A stretch of DNA of 64,000 nucleotides from an uncultured Chloroflexia bacterium. GTDB taxonomy: Bacteria > Chloroflexota > Anaerolineae > B4-G1 > SLSP01. The position numbers and the translations under genes were made by a program. Of this stretch, positions 42,365 to 52,407 are shown one piece after another. The DNA is taken from NCBI GenBank assembly GCA_963751345.1, contig CAVVUS010000030.1, positions 256,001 to 320,000 of the forward strand. The letters are read 5' to 3'. Below the pieces are notes generated by a model. The model did not search any database and had not been told where the DNA came from. It was given only the letters and a program-made list of their open reading frames with translations. Within the stretch, counting starts at the first letter, position 1, and every line of letters starts with the position of its first letter.

Positions 42365-43138
42365 ATGTTAGTCAAAGCCGAAACACTCAAGGGTTACAAA
42401 CTGGACAGCCTGGACGGGGAAATAGGGAAGGTCAGAGAATTCTACTTCGATGACCAGTACTGGACGATTCGCTATCTGGTCGCCGACACAGGAAATTGGC
42501 TTACGGACAGGCAGGTGTTGATCTCACCCCATGCGCTGGTCGCCGTGAATCACGAAGAGCAATACATCTCCGTCGACTTGACCAAGAAGCAGATTGAGGA
42601 CAGTCCATCCTTGGAGACTGACAAGCCCGTCTCCCGACAATTCGAGGAGGCTTACTACAGGTATCACGGATTGCCGACGTATTGGAGCGGCCCATACATG
42701 TGGGGAGCTTATCCCAACATTGTGCGTGACCGCGAAGAGTCGAGGGAATCCACCCAGGTTGAGAACCCGCGCAGAGTGGGACGAATCCGCCCAAGTTGAG
42801 AATCGCAGAACTGGGATGCCCATCTGCGCAGCACGCACGATGTGAGTGGCCATCACGTCGAAGCCCCAGACGGCGTGGTTGGCCACGTCGAAGATTTCAT
42901 CATCGATGAGGAGACATGGGCGATTCGCTATCTAGTCATCGATACACGGAACTGGTGGCCGGGGAAGAAGGTCTTGATTTCGCCGCAATGGATCGAGCGC
43001 GTGAGTTGGGACGAGTCGAAAGTATTCGTGAGTGTTCCCCGCGAGACGATCAAGCAGGCACCGGAATACACGGAGGAATCTCCGCTCACCCGGGATTATG
43101 AGGCCGCACTGCATCGCCATTACGATCGCCAAGAATAG
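42365..43138 (+). CDS. Double PRC-barrel protein, frame broken near 42760-42810
   Basis: DGEIGKV.EFYFDD..W.IRYLV.DTG.W and second domain GHVEDFIIDEETWAIRYLV.DTRNW. Confidence 0.85.
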
Positions 43139-43149
43139 AGGAGCATCGA

Positions 43150-44628
43150 ATGAACATCTTGCTGGTTTACCCAGAGTTCCCGGATACCTTCTGGAGTTTC
43201 AAACACGCGCTCAGGTTCATCCGCAAAAAGGCCGGTGCTCCCCCCTTGGGGCTGTTGACCGTGGCCGCGATGTTACCGGCTGCATGGGAAAAACGGCTGG
43301 TAGATCTCAACGCAATCGGCCTGAGCCAAAGAGATCTGCTGTGGGCCGACTATGTCTTCATCAGCGCCATGGTCGTGCAGCGGGATGCCGCGCGTGCCCT
43401 CATCGCGCGCTGCAAGGAGGCGGGCGTGAAAGTCGTGGCGGGCGGCCCCCTCTTTACGATGGAGTATGCAGAGTTTCCCGAAGTGGATCACTTTGTACTC
43501 AACGAAGCTGAGCTCACCTTGCCGCCTTTTTTGTCAGATCTGGCCAACGGGTGCGCGCGCCATCTCTATACGACGACCGAGTATCCCGATATCCGCCAGA
43601 CTCCGGCGCCGCTGTGGCAGTTGGCGGATCTGAAGCAGTACGAAACCGTCAGTATCCAGTTCTCGCGCGGCTGCCCGTTCAACTGCAACTTCTGCAACGT
43701 CACGGCGCTTCTGGGCCATCGCCCACGCACCAAAACAGCCCCACAGATCATCGCCGAGCTGGACAGCCTCTACGCGCTGGGCTGGCGCAAGGGTGTCTTT
43801 TTCGTAGACGATAACTTTATCGGCAACAAGAGGCAACTCAAGGCCGAGATATTGCCGGCGTTGATCACCTGGCGCAAGGGAAAGATCGGAATGCCGTTCA
43901 ACACGGAAGCGTCCATCAATCTGGCCGATGATCCGGAGCTGATGACCCTGATGACGCAGGCCGGGTTCGAAACGGTCTTTGTCGGGATTGAAACGCCGAA
44001 TGAAGACAGCCTGGCCGAATGTAGCAAGACGCAGAACAAAGGGCGAGATCTGGTGGATAGCGTCAAGCGCCTCCAACGGGCGGGACTACAGGTGCAGGGT
44101 GGGTTCATTGTGGGCTTTGACAACGATACCCCGGCGATCTTTCAGCAGCAGATGGACTTCATTCAGCAGAGCGGCATTGTTACGGCAATGGTGGGACTGT
44201 TGCAGGCTCCACCAGGCACGCGCCTTTATGCCCGCATGCAAGAGGAAGATCGCCTGGTGGACGAGATGTCCGGCGACAACGTGGATGGCTCCACCAATAT
44301 CATCCCGAAGATGGGTCTGGCGCCGCTAAGGGCAGGCTATCGCCAACTCCTGGCGCATATCTATGCGCCCCAGTTCTATTACGAGCGTGTGTTGACCTTC
44401 CTCCGCGAGTATCATCCACCCAAAATCAGGACCTCCCCGGATCCGCAGTATCTCCTGGCCCTGGGACGCTCGATCTATCAGCTGGGTATCCGCGCGAAAG
44501 GGCGTGTCCACTATTGGAAAGTCTTTTTCTGGACACTGTTCCGCCGGCCACGCCTCTTCCCGTTGGCCATCACGCTGGCGGTTTACGGCTTCCACTTCCA
44601 ACAAGTGATCGCACTACATGTAGAGTAA
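43150..44628 (+). CDS. B12-binding radical SAM protein (DUF4070-type)
   Basis: SRGCPFNCNFC, FVDDNFIG, GIET, GFIVGFD. Confidence 0.92.
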   Translation: MNILLVYPEFPDTFWSFKHALRFIRKKAGAPPLGLLTVAAMLPAAWEKRLVDLNAIGLSQRDLLWADYVFISAMVVQRDAARALIARCKEAGVKVVAGGPLFTMEYAEFPEVDHFVLNEAELTLPPFLSDLANGCARHLYTTTEYPDIRQTPAPLWQLADLKQYETVSIQFSRGCPFNCNFCNVTALLGHRPRTKTAPQIIAELDSLYALGWRKGVFFVDDNFIGNKRQLKAEILPALITWRKGKIGMPFNTEASINLADDPELMTLMTQAGFETVFVGIETPNEDSLAECSKTQNKGRDLVDSVKRLQRAGLQVQGGFIVGFDNDTPAIFQQQMDFIQQSGIVTAMVGLLQAPPGTRLYARMQEEDRLVDEMSGDNVDGSTNIIPKMGLAPLRAGYRQLLAHIYAPQFYYERVLTFLREYHPPKIRTSPDPQYLLALGRSIYQLGIRAKGRVHYWKVFFWTLFRRPRLFPLAITLAVYGFHFQQVIALHVE

Positions 44629-44762
44629 GACACATCCCAGCCCACGGGTATGAGACGGCTGGAATTCGAGAACGCGCGCATTGACGCAGGTCCGGCAGAC
44701 GAGCTGAAGGAAATGGGGGGTGGACATCACCCAACAAGCAAATCGCGAAGGAGTGGAATCCT

Positions 44763-45413
44763 ATGTTCCCTATCGGTGATGATGATAGCTCTCGTAGAAC
44801 TGTTCCGTTGGTCACCTATGCCCTGATAGCTCTGAACGTCCTGTTTTTCTTTGTAGAGCTGAGTGGTGGTGATGCTTTCATTGAGAAGTGGGCTTTCGTT
44901 CCTAGCCGCTTCCTTGCCAATCCCGTCGGTGATTTTCTGACGCTCTTCACAGCCATGTTTATGCATGCCGGATGGCTTCACCTGGGTGGCAACATGCTCT
45001 ACCTGTGGATCTTCGGTGACAACGTGGAAGACCGTTTCGGGCACATAAAGTTCACAATCTTTTACTTCCTCTGTGGCCTCGCGGCGACTTTTGCCCAGCT
45101 GGCGTTTAGCGCCGGCTCAAACGTACCGAATTTGGGCGCATCGGGAGCGATTGCCGGCGTGCTGGGGGCCTACATTTTGCTGTTCCCGCAGGGAAAGGTC
45201 AGAGTACTCCAGGGCCGACAAGTGATCCAGGTACCTGCCCTGATCGTCATTGGGCTTTGGATCGTTCTGCAGTTCTTCAGCGGCATTGGTTCGATTGCCA
45301 ACACAGCGGAGACGGGTGGCGTCGCCTACATGGCGCACATTGGTGGATTTGTCGCCGGGTTCATCTTGACCGTTTTGTTTCGCGGGAATCGAAGAGCGCC
45401 GGCCACGCGCTGA
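44763..45413 (+). CDS. Rhomboid intramembrane protease
   Basis: H...LHLGGNM, GASG, AHIGGF. Confidence 0.95.
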   Translation: MFPIGDDDSSRRTVPLVTYALIALNVLFFFVELSGGDAFIEKWAFVPSRFLANPVGDFLTLFTAMFMHAGWLHLGGNMLYLWIFGDNVEDRFGHIKFTIFYFLCGLAATFAQLAFSAGSNVPNLGASGAIAGVLGAYILLFPQGKVRVLQGRQVIQVPALIVIGLWIVLQFFSGIGSIANTAETGGVAYMAHIGGFVAGFILTVLFRGNRRAPATR

Positions 45414-45442
45414 ATTCTCACTGTATGGGGAGGTAAACCAAA

Positions 45443-46114
45443 ATGACAGATAGCTACCTTGAGAACTTGCTGGGGGAAAACGAACGCATTATCCTCATCA
45501 CCCGCCAACACTGGCTGGTCCTGATCGGCCGAATCCTGGCCCAAGGCGTGCTTGCCTTGGCCATGGGCATCCTGATCACCCTCATCTGGCGCTTCTGGCT
45601 CCCCCTTTCGCTGGTTCCCCTGGCCTACCTCCTGTTGATCCTGCCCTTACTGGGCATGCTGAGGAATGTGACCATCTGGAGGAGCCGGAAATACGTCGTC
45701 ACAAACTGGCGGGTGCTCCAGATCTCGGGGGTGTTCTCCAAAGAGGTGACGGATTCCTCTTTGGAGAAGATCAATGATATCAAATTGGAGCAATCCTTTT
45801 TGGGGCGGCTGTTGGACTATGGGGACCTCGAAATCCTGACTGCAAGCGAATTGGGCGTCGACCAATTCACGCATATAAGGCAACCCATCCGCTTGAAGAC
45901 GGCCATGTTGAATGCAAAAGAGGAACTGGAACATGGTCAGGCTGGGTTGGGGCATAGCTCGGGGGTAGATATCGCCGGGCCGATTGAGCAGCTAGGCAAT
46001 CTGCGAGACGAGGGACTGCTGACGGAAGAGGAGTTTCAGCAACAGAAAGCGCAAGTGCTGGCCAAGATGCAGAATGCCGATCAATCGCACGACAGCAAGC
46101 ATCCGTCGGGATAG
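45443..46114 (+). CDS. Membrane protein with bacterial PH domain and SHOCT tail
   Basis: Two TM helices; YVVTNWRV..G; GRLLDYGD; L.NLRDEGLLTEEEF..QK. Confidence 0.85.
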   Translation: MTDSYLENLLGENERIILITRQHWLVLIGRILAQGVLALAMGILITLIWRFWLPLSLVPLAYLLLILPLLGMLRNVTIWRSRKYVVTNWRVLQISGVFSKEVTDSSLEKINDIKLEQSFLGRLLDYGDLEILTASELGVDQFTHIRQPIRLKTAMLNAKEELEHGQAGLGHSSGVDIAGPIEQLGNLRDEGLLTEEEFQQQKAQVLAKMQNADQSHDSKHPSG

Positions 46115-46121
46115 GGCAAGC

Positions 46122-47396
46122 ATGTCACTTGATCCATCTTCGAAACCGTATGACTGGGCCTTTCGGCGAGTCGTGTGGGCGACCCTTGTTTTTGTCTTCG
46201 TCGCCCTGAGCTTCTGGCAGCTCTATCGGTTCTACCAAGTCGTTTTCATCCTGTTGCTCGCGATGCTGATGGGCACGGTGATCAGGCCGACCGTAGCCTG
46301 GCTGCAACGGCGGGGACTTCCCCGGTTAGCGGGGGGCATTCTTGTCTACCTCCTACTGCTTGGCTTTCTCACCGGTTTTGTGCTGCTGTTGTTTCCACTG
46401 ATCGTTGAGCAGGGGACGACGATTGCCGCGGCAGTGCCGGACTACTACGATAGCCTGCGCGTGTGGATGGTCGGCCATTCCAATCAGCTGATCGTGCGCC
46501 TCAGTGCATTCCTCCCCGCCGTGCTGCCGGGCCTGAAGCCGATCCAGCAGACGGGACAACAGGTACTGGCGTCTGCAGGGCAAGCGCTAGGTTACCTTGG
46601 CTCGGCGACTAAGGTCATCTTTGTCGCCACGGCTATTCTGCTGCTGGCCTTTTACTGGATGCTCGACGGACCGCGAACCCTCCAATCATGGTTGCTGCTG
46701 GTTCCCAAGGACCGGCGTGAGAGCATTGGCGATTTGGTTACCGCCATTGAGACCAAAGTGGGCGCCTATCTTGTCGGACAAAGCGTCCTGTGCCTGGCCA
46801 TCGGCCTACTGGCGCTGGCGGCCTATCTGCTGATCGGCCTACCCAATGCCCTGGTGCTGGCGCTCATGGCGGGCGTGCTAGAGGCCGTCCCGATGATTGG
46901 GCCACTGCTGGGCGCGATTCCCGCGGCGGTCATCGGCTTGTCCATTGGCCCTACCAAGCTGATTTGGGTGGTCGTCGCCACGATCGTGATTCAGCAAGCG
47001 GAGAACATCGTGCTAGTGCCGCGCGTGATGCGCAAGGCGGTCGGGGTCAACCCATTCGTCTCCCTGCTGGCGTTGTTCGCCTTTGGTTCTCTATTCGGCA
47101 TTGCCGGCGCGCTAATGGCAATTCCTATCGCGGCTATTGCGCAGCTCATACTCAATCGCTTCGTCTTTGGGCCCGAGGCAGCAGGGCCGGAGGTCTCGGA
47201 AGGGCGTGACTATGCCAGCCGGCTGCGCTATGAAGCGCAGGACCTGGCCCAAGACTTACGCAAGCAGGCACGGCTCAAGAAGGGTGGCTCGGAGCTAAGG
47301 GTCAAGCAGATCGATCAGGTGATGGATGAGATTGAGTCCATCACCACCGACCTTGGGACGCTGCTAGCAAAGGCCCGAGACTCGGGCACGCCATGA
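46122..47396 (+). CDS. AI-2E family transporter
   Basis: Multi-TM; VPMIGP, QQAENIVLVPRVM..VGVNP, GALMAIP. Confidence 0.9.
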   Translation: MSLDPSSKPYDWAFRRVVWATLVFVFVALSFWQLYRFYQVVFILLLAMLMGTVIRPTVAWLQRRGLPRLAGGILVYLLLLGFLTGFVLLLFPLIVEQGTTIAAAVPDYYDSLRVWMVGHSNQLIVRLSAFLPAVLPGLKPIQQTGQQVLASAGQALGYLGSATKVIFVATAILLLAFYWMLDGPRTLQSWLLLVPKDRRESIGDLVTAIETKVGAYLVGQSVLCLAIGLLALAAYLLIGLPNALVLALMAGVLEAVPMIGPLLGAIPAAVIGLSIGPTKLIWVVVATIVIQQAENIVLVPRVMRKAVGVNPFVSLLALFAFGSLFGIAGALMAIPIAAIAQLILNRFVFGPEAAGPEVSEGRDYASRLRYEAQDLAQDLRKQARLKKGGSELRVKQIDQVMDEIESITTDLGTLLAKARDSGTP

Positions 47397-48631
47397 CCAA
47401 GACATTGATACGGTTCAGTACAGCGGTAATGACCACACTGCTGGCGCTGGTGGTGCTATGGCAGTTCCGCATGGTTGCCGTCTATGTGCTGGTCTCAGTA
47501 GCGCTTGCGGCAGCGCTGCGCCCACTGGTGAACCGCCTGGTCGGGCGAAGACTAGTGGTGCGCGGGGCTTGGATTCTGCTTTACGTGGTGGTCCTGGGCG
47601 GATTCGGCCTGCTATTGTTTTTGGCCGGCAGAGGAGTGATCGGTGAGATTCAGGACTTGGCCCGTACCGTAGCGGTACAAGATGCATGGAAGCTGCCCAC
47701 ATGGTTGCAGGGCAGCGCGTTCCAAGGGGTGCTGGCCGCATGGCTGCCCCCACCGAGTAGGCTCTTCGAAGCAATTACCGGCGACCAAGGGCAGCTCGTG
47801 CTGCCGGCCATCTTCGGTTTCACGCAGGGCATTGCCGGCGTCGTGAGCCGTGTACTCATCGTTCTACTCCTGAGCATCTATTGGATCGTCAATCAAGTCC
47901 ACTATGAACGACTCTGGCTGTCGCTGCTTCCGCCGGGGCAGCGCAGGCAAGTGCGTAGCATTTGGCGTACCATCGAACCGAATCTTGGTGCTTACATCCG
48001 CAGCCAAGCAGTCCAAAGTCTCCTGGCGGGGCTAGTGCTGGGCCTGGGTTACTGGGCGCTCGGGTCACCCTATCCGATCCTGTTGGCCCTGGTTGGTGCT
48101 CTGGCAGGCCTGATACCCATGGTTGGGGCGCCCCTGGCGGTGGTCTCACCCCTCTTGGTGGGGCTACTGACCAGTGTACAGCTTAGCCTGGTTACAGTTC
48201 TGTATACCCTCGTCGTCTTGGTTGCGCTGGGGATATGGGTCTGGCCGCGCCTCTTCAACCGCAGGTGGGACAATCCCATTCTCACCATCGTTCTACTCAT
48301 AGCCCTGGAAAGCGCTTTTGGCCTCCTTGGCATTCTCATAGCGCCGCCCATATCGGCCGTATGCCAAATCCTGTGGGACCTCCTGGTCAGTCATCGGCGT
48401 GCCTCCGGCGCTGCAGCCCAGGTTTCGGACCTGAAGGAGCGGCAGGAACGGGTGGGGGCCATCATCAGGGCAATGGACGAGGCGCCTCCGGCATTGGTGA
48501 CGAGTAGTATGGAGCGGCTTACCGAGCTGATTGCTGAAGCAGAACCCGTTCTGCACGCCGTCGAGCCACTCCAAGTGACGAAGGCTATTATCACTGCTGA
48601 AAGTGGTTCGTTTCTACCCCCAAAACCATAG
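47393..48631 (+). CDS. AI-2E family transporter (second paralogue)
   Basis: Multi-TM; LIPMVGA, FGLLGILIAPP; ATGA overlap with previous gene. Confidence 0.88.
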   Translation: MTKTLIRFSTAVMTTLLALVVLWQFRMVAVYVLVSVALAAALRPLVNRLVGRRLVVRGAWILLYVVVLGGFGLLLFLAGRGVIGEIQDLARTVAVQDAWKLPTWLQGSAFQGVLAAWLPPPSRLFEAITGDQGQLVLPAIFGFTQGIAGVVSRVLIVLLLSIYWIVNQVHYERLWLSLLPPGQRRQVRSIWRTIEPNLGAYIRSQAVQSLLAGLVLGLGYWALGSPYPILLALVGALAGLIPMVGAPLAVVSPLLVGLLTSVQLSLVTVLYTLVVLVALGIWVWPRLFNRRWDNPILTIVLLIALESAFGLLGILIAPPISAVCQILWDLLVSHRRASGAAAQVSDLKERQERVGAIIRAMDEAPPALVTSSMERLTELIAEAEPVLHAVEPLQVTKAIITAESGSFLPPKP

Positions 48632-48642
48632 GGGGACACGCG

Positions 48643-49617
48643 ATGATCGTACCCAGGGTAAGACGCTATGTCGCACAGCTCCGGCAGCAGGGCATCCGCA
48701 ACGTGCACCGGCTCAACAAGCTGACACACGGTTGGTTAGGAATAGTGGCAAGGGCGGCCCAAGCAACCCTCAAGCCCGAATCAGGGATTATGGCCGCGGC
48801 GATCGCCTACTACGCCCTCTTCTCCCTCTTTCCCATTACGCTCTTGAGCATCGCGATTGGCAGCTTCGGCCTTGGCCCGGCGATGGAACAACAAGCCATC
48901 ATTCAAAGGCTGGAGTTTATCGCGCCTGCCCTAGGCCAGTTGTTGGGCAAGAATATCGACGCAATCATCCAAGCGCGTGGGCCCATCACCGGTGTTGCTT
49001 TGGTGAGCCTGATCTGGTCCGCCTCTACCGTTTTCTACACGCTGACACTCTCTCTGAATGATATGTGGGAAATCAGACGTCGTCGCGCGGTCTGGAAGCG
49101 CCGTGGCTTAGCCGTGTTGTCTGTCTTGGTCCTCGTGGGCCCGGCTCTCTTCCTGGCGTCATTTGCCAGCAGTATGATTGCCAACCTACGCCCCTGGTTG
49201 CCCGACGCACTCATCCCGATCGGGAGCGGCGTCAGTTTGGCGCTGGCGCTTCTACTCGACGTCGTCTCGTTTATGGTGCTCTACATGCTGCTTCCGCGTG
49301 GCACGTCTACCTGGCGCGAGATCATGCCCGGCGCAGTCGGGGCAGGCTTGCTTTGGGAACTGGCGAAGAAAGCATTCTTGTCTTTTGTCTCCACCTACGT
49401 CTCTGTCTCGAACCTGGTCTATGGTTCAGTGGCCGCCGTTATCGCCTTCCTGGCCTGGGCCTATCTGACCAGCCTGATCTTCCTCTTTGGCGCTTACTTA
49501 AGCGTCTCTTACCACCGGCTCAGGCAGCAGCAACGAAAAGCGACAGCCCCAGACACAGATGTCCCCTTGTCAGATCGTATGGCTGTTCCTGCCATCGGTC
49601 CTGGGGAGCTGCCGTGA
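48643..49617 (+). CDS. YihY/BrkB family membrane protein
   Basis: AAAIAYYALFSLFP; YGSVAAVIAFLAW.Y....LFGA. Confidence 0.92.
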   Translation: MIVPRVRRYVAQLRQQGIRNVHRLNKLTHGWLGIVARAAQATLKPESGIMAAAIAYYALFSLFPITLLSIAIGSFGLGPAMEQQAIIQRLEFIAPALGQLLGKNIDAIIQARGPITGVALVSLIWSASTVFYTLTLSLNDMWEIRRRRAVWKRRGLAVLSVLVLVGPALFLASFASSMIANLRPWLPDALIPIGSGVSLALALLLDVVSFMVLYMLLPRGTSTWREIMPGAVGAGLLWELAKKAFLSFVSTYVSVSNLVYGSVAAVIAFLAWAYLTSLIFLFGAYLSVSYHRLRQQQRKATAPDTDVPLSDRMAVPAIGPGELP

Positions 49618-49635
49618 ACCCCTCTCCAGCCGGCC

Positions 49636-49735
49636 TGACTCAGCGATCGGCATAGACCCCTCTCCACATCAAGCGGAGCAGGCTCAAAGTCAGATCATCT
49701 GAGAGTGGAGCTACAACTCCACACCGCATCGATGA
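49636..49735 (-). repeat. Module-boundary repeat copy 4
   Basis: TGACTCAGCGATCGGC..CCCCTCTCCAC..AAGCGGAGCA.GCTCA..TCATCTGA..GTGGAGC..TCCAC..GCA.CGATGAA, 18 nt after the YihY stop. Confidence 0.85.
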
Positions 49736-49794
49736 AGGCCACAGCAGTGTGATGTATGCTAAGAGTATGCAAAGGGTAGGCGCATTGTCACCAG

Positions 49795-50433
49795 GTGAAG
49801 AAGGGCGGCATGGTTACTCAGTTGGCTCGTAAGGGGTGGCTGATGGTGGTGCGAAGTATGATCGCCCTGCTAATTGGCTTGGCGGCTCTCCGGCCGGGCG
49901 CCACTCTGACGACACTTGTGCTGTTATTTGGCCTCTGTGCGCTGGCAGACGGCCTCTTGGCCCTGACCGTGGTGAGCCGGCTTGAACGCTACGAATTGGA
50001 GCACGGATGGATGTTGCTGCTCAAGGGACTGGCAAGCATCGCCATCGGGGCACTTACCTTCCTTTGGCCGAGCGTCACAGTGCCGGCACTGGTCTCTCTC
50101 ATCGCCGCCTGGTTGATCCTGACCGGCGCGTTTGAGGTCGGAGCGGTGCTTGATCTGCGCAACGCAGCCGAGCGCGAACGGCGGATGGCTTGGGACGCCC
50201 TGGTCAAGCGCCAGACCCAAATGGCTTGGGACGGCAGGGTCGAGCGCAAGACCCGCTACGCGCACGCTGAGCAGATGGCCTGGGACAAACAGAGCGACCG
50301 GAAGATGCGCGGCGCAGGCGTTGGAGGGTTCGGGCACGGACTATACGCGGGAGCGGTGCACTACTCTGCCCGGAGCACCGCAATCGTGAATGAGGGCAGT
50401 CTATCTGCGGGATCCGGGAGGGTCGAATTATGA
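49795..50433 (+). CDS. HdeD/DUF308 membrane protein with atypical repeat tail
   Basis: RP.ATL..LV.LFG..AL.DG, LL.GL.SI..G...WP..T, AAW.I.TG..E; three MAWD repeats. Confidence 0.75.
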   Translation: MKKGGMVTQLARKGWLMVVRSMIALLIGLAALRPGATLTTLVLLFGLCALADGLLALTVVSRLERYELEHGWMLLLKGLASIAIGALTFLWPSVTVPALVSLIAAWLILTGAFEVGAVLDLRNAAERERRMAWDALVKRQTQMAWDGRVERKTRYAHAEQMAWDKQSDRKMRGAGVGGFGHGLYAGAVHYSARSTAIVNEGSLSAGSGRVEL

Positions 50434-50667
50434 ACAAGGACATATTCGAGGGCAAGTGGAAGCAGCTACAGGGTCAGGCCAAACGAGTGGTGGGGCAAGC
50501 TCACCGACGACGACCTGAAGCGAGTCGGCGGCCAGTTCAACCAATTCGTGGGCGTGCTCCAGGTAGAGTGTGCCTACACCCGCGAGCACGCCGAAGAGGA
50601 GATCGACCGGCGAATGGCGGAGCACGAAGCCCACCGGCAGGAGGTCGCGACTCCGGCCAGAAAATAA
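50430..50667 (+). CDS. csbD: CsbD family stress protein, frameshifted near 50483
   Basis: MNKDIFEGKWKQLQG.AK then WWGKLTDDDL..YTREHAEEEID. Confidence 0.88.
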
Positions 50668-50775
50668 CTCGATAAACCTATCCCTGCAAGTCTACATGGC
50701 AGTTGGGGACAGGTCATCGCGAATCGTGTGGAATATGGACAACTCGTGATCTTAAGACTTAGTACGGAGAAACCT

Positions 50776-51040
50776 ATGCCAAACCTTCTGATTTACCTAA
50801 TCGTTGCAGCGGTGATCGGCTGGGTAGCGAGCGAGCTCATGCATGACCGCTCGGGCCTGCTGCTCAATATCATCGTGGCCGTCGTGGGCGCTTTCCTGGC
50901 CGGCTACTTCCTCAGCCCCATCTTCAGGGTCGGGACCATCAACGATGCGATCACCATTCCGACTATGCTGGTTACGCTTGCTGGGCGCCGTCATCCTGCT
51001 GGCAATCGTCAATCTCTTCCGCAGGGGTAGGCGGCGATAA
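50776..51040 (+). CDS. GlsB/YeaQ/YmgE transglycosylase-associated membrane protein, frameshifted near 50980
   Basis: IGWVAS.LM, LLNIIVAVVGAFLAG, GAVILLAIVNLFRR. Confidence 0.85.
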
Positions 51041-51124
51041 CCTGCTGATGGTCCGATGTCAGCTGTCCCATCAAGGGAAGGTCAAGCGATATCCCGTTAT
51101 CTGAGGGATACAGGGAGGACAACC

Positions 51125-51621
51125 ATGTCTATGAATCAACCGACCGATCAAGTGCCCGTGGATCGGCGCGAGGAAACCGTGGTCACCCAGCAACCGGGCT
51201 ATGCGGCGACCGAGCAGGTAACTCGCGATGTTGCTGCCGAGCGGCAGCAGACTTTGTTCCAGATCAACCGGATCATCTGGAGCATTCTGGGCCTACTTGG
51301 AGATCCTACTAGGGCTGCGCTTCATGTTCAAGTTGATTGGGGCCAATCCAGACAGCGGCTTTGCCGCTCTCATATATGGAATCACGGACCTGTTCGTTGC
51401 GCCGTTTGCACTGCTTGGTGGGAACGCCTGCATCCGGCGGAATGAGCCTCGAGCTGACGACCCTGATTGCGATGGGAATCTATGCCCTGATCACTTGGGG
51501 CATCGTCCGCGTGATCCAGATCGCTACGGATCGTCCCAGGGCGCGCACGGTCACGCGCTCGGTATGGGAGCAGACAGGCCCGGGCACGGAACGTACGACA
51601 CACACCACCCGCAGCGGATAG
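51125..51621 (+). CDS. YggT-like membrane protein, two frameshifts
   Basis: LEILLGLRF.FKLIGANP.SGF...IYGIT..FVAPF, then LELTTLIAM.IYAL. Confidence 0.75.
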
Positions 51622-51679
51622 GCGCAATTCAGACCTCAATCGAGCGTTTTATCAGCCCATAACACAGGAGAAGAACAGA

Positions 51680-52030
51680 ATGAACGAACATGACTACGAA
51701 TGCGCAGACGATAACAGTCAACTGGGAGGCTTTCTTGCCGGACTGCTCATAGGTGGATTGGCCGGCGCCGGGGCGATGCTGTTCCTGGCGCCGCAATCGG
51801 GGAAAAAGACACGCGCCACGGTTCAGAAGAAAGGCATCGAGCTGCGCGATCAGATGGTCAAGACTGTGGAAGATGCGTCGGCGCAGGTCCGCGATAAAGT
51901 CCACCAGATCTCGGACGATGTTCAGGAGCAGGCTGAGGACCTACAGCAGCGTGGGCAGGATGCGATCGATGAGCAAAGGGACAATTTGTCCCACACCCTC
52001 AAGGATTTGGGGAAGGCCGTCAAGTCTTGA
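51680..52030 (+). CDS. YtxH domain protein
   Basis: GFLAGLLIGGLAGA..M.FLAPQSGKKTR plus coiled coil. Confidence 0.9.
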   Translation: MNEHDYECADDNSQLGGFLAGLLIGGLAGAGAMLFLAPQSGKKTRATVQKKGIELRDQMVKTVEDASAQVRDKVHQISDDVQEQAEDLQQRGQDAIDEQRDNLSHTLKDLGKAVKS

Positions 52031-52164
52031 TGGCGACGGGCCGGATAGCGCTGCAATAATCCGGTCAACCGGTTGCGCGGAAGTATCAGCTTTGGCTTTG
52101 CCTTGTAGCCCGGGCAACAGTTGCTCCGGCGGCAGCCAAACAGCTTTTCAAAAGGAGAAGACCC

Positions 52165-52323
52165 ATGTTGTGGACGATCATCGTGATACTCGTCGTACTA
52201 TGGTTGCTCGGCTTTTTCGGTCGGAACATCAGCTCAAGATTCCCACAGACCGGCAGTTGGATCCATCTCTGATCGTTATCGCCGTCATCCTCATCATCTT
52301 GAGACCTCCTTGGGGTAGTGTAA
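52165..52323 (+). CDS. Small lmo0937-like membrane protein, frameshifted
   Basis: AAGGAG RBS; MLWTIIVILVVLWLLG...WIH..LIVIAVILII. Confidence 0.75.
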
Positions 52324-52407
52324 CCCTCTCTCGCGGCGATGATGTGGCCGGGTCCGCCGGAAGCTTGCGTGACGGACCCGGCTCCAGGTAATGGGAAAGG
52401 AGACTCT

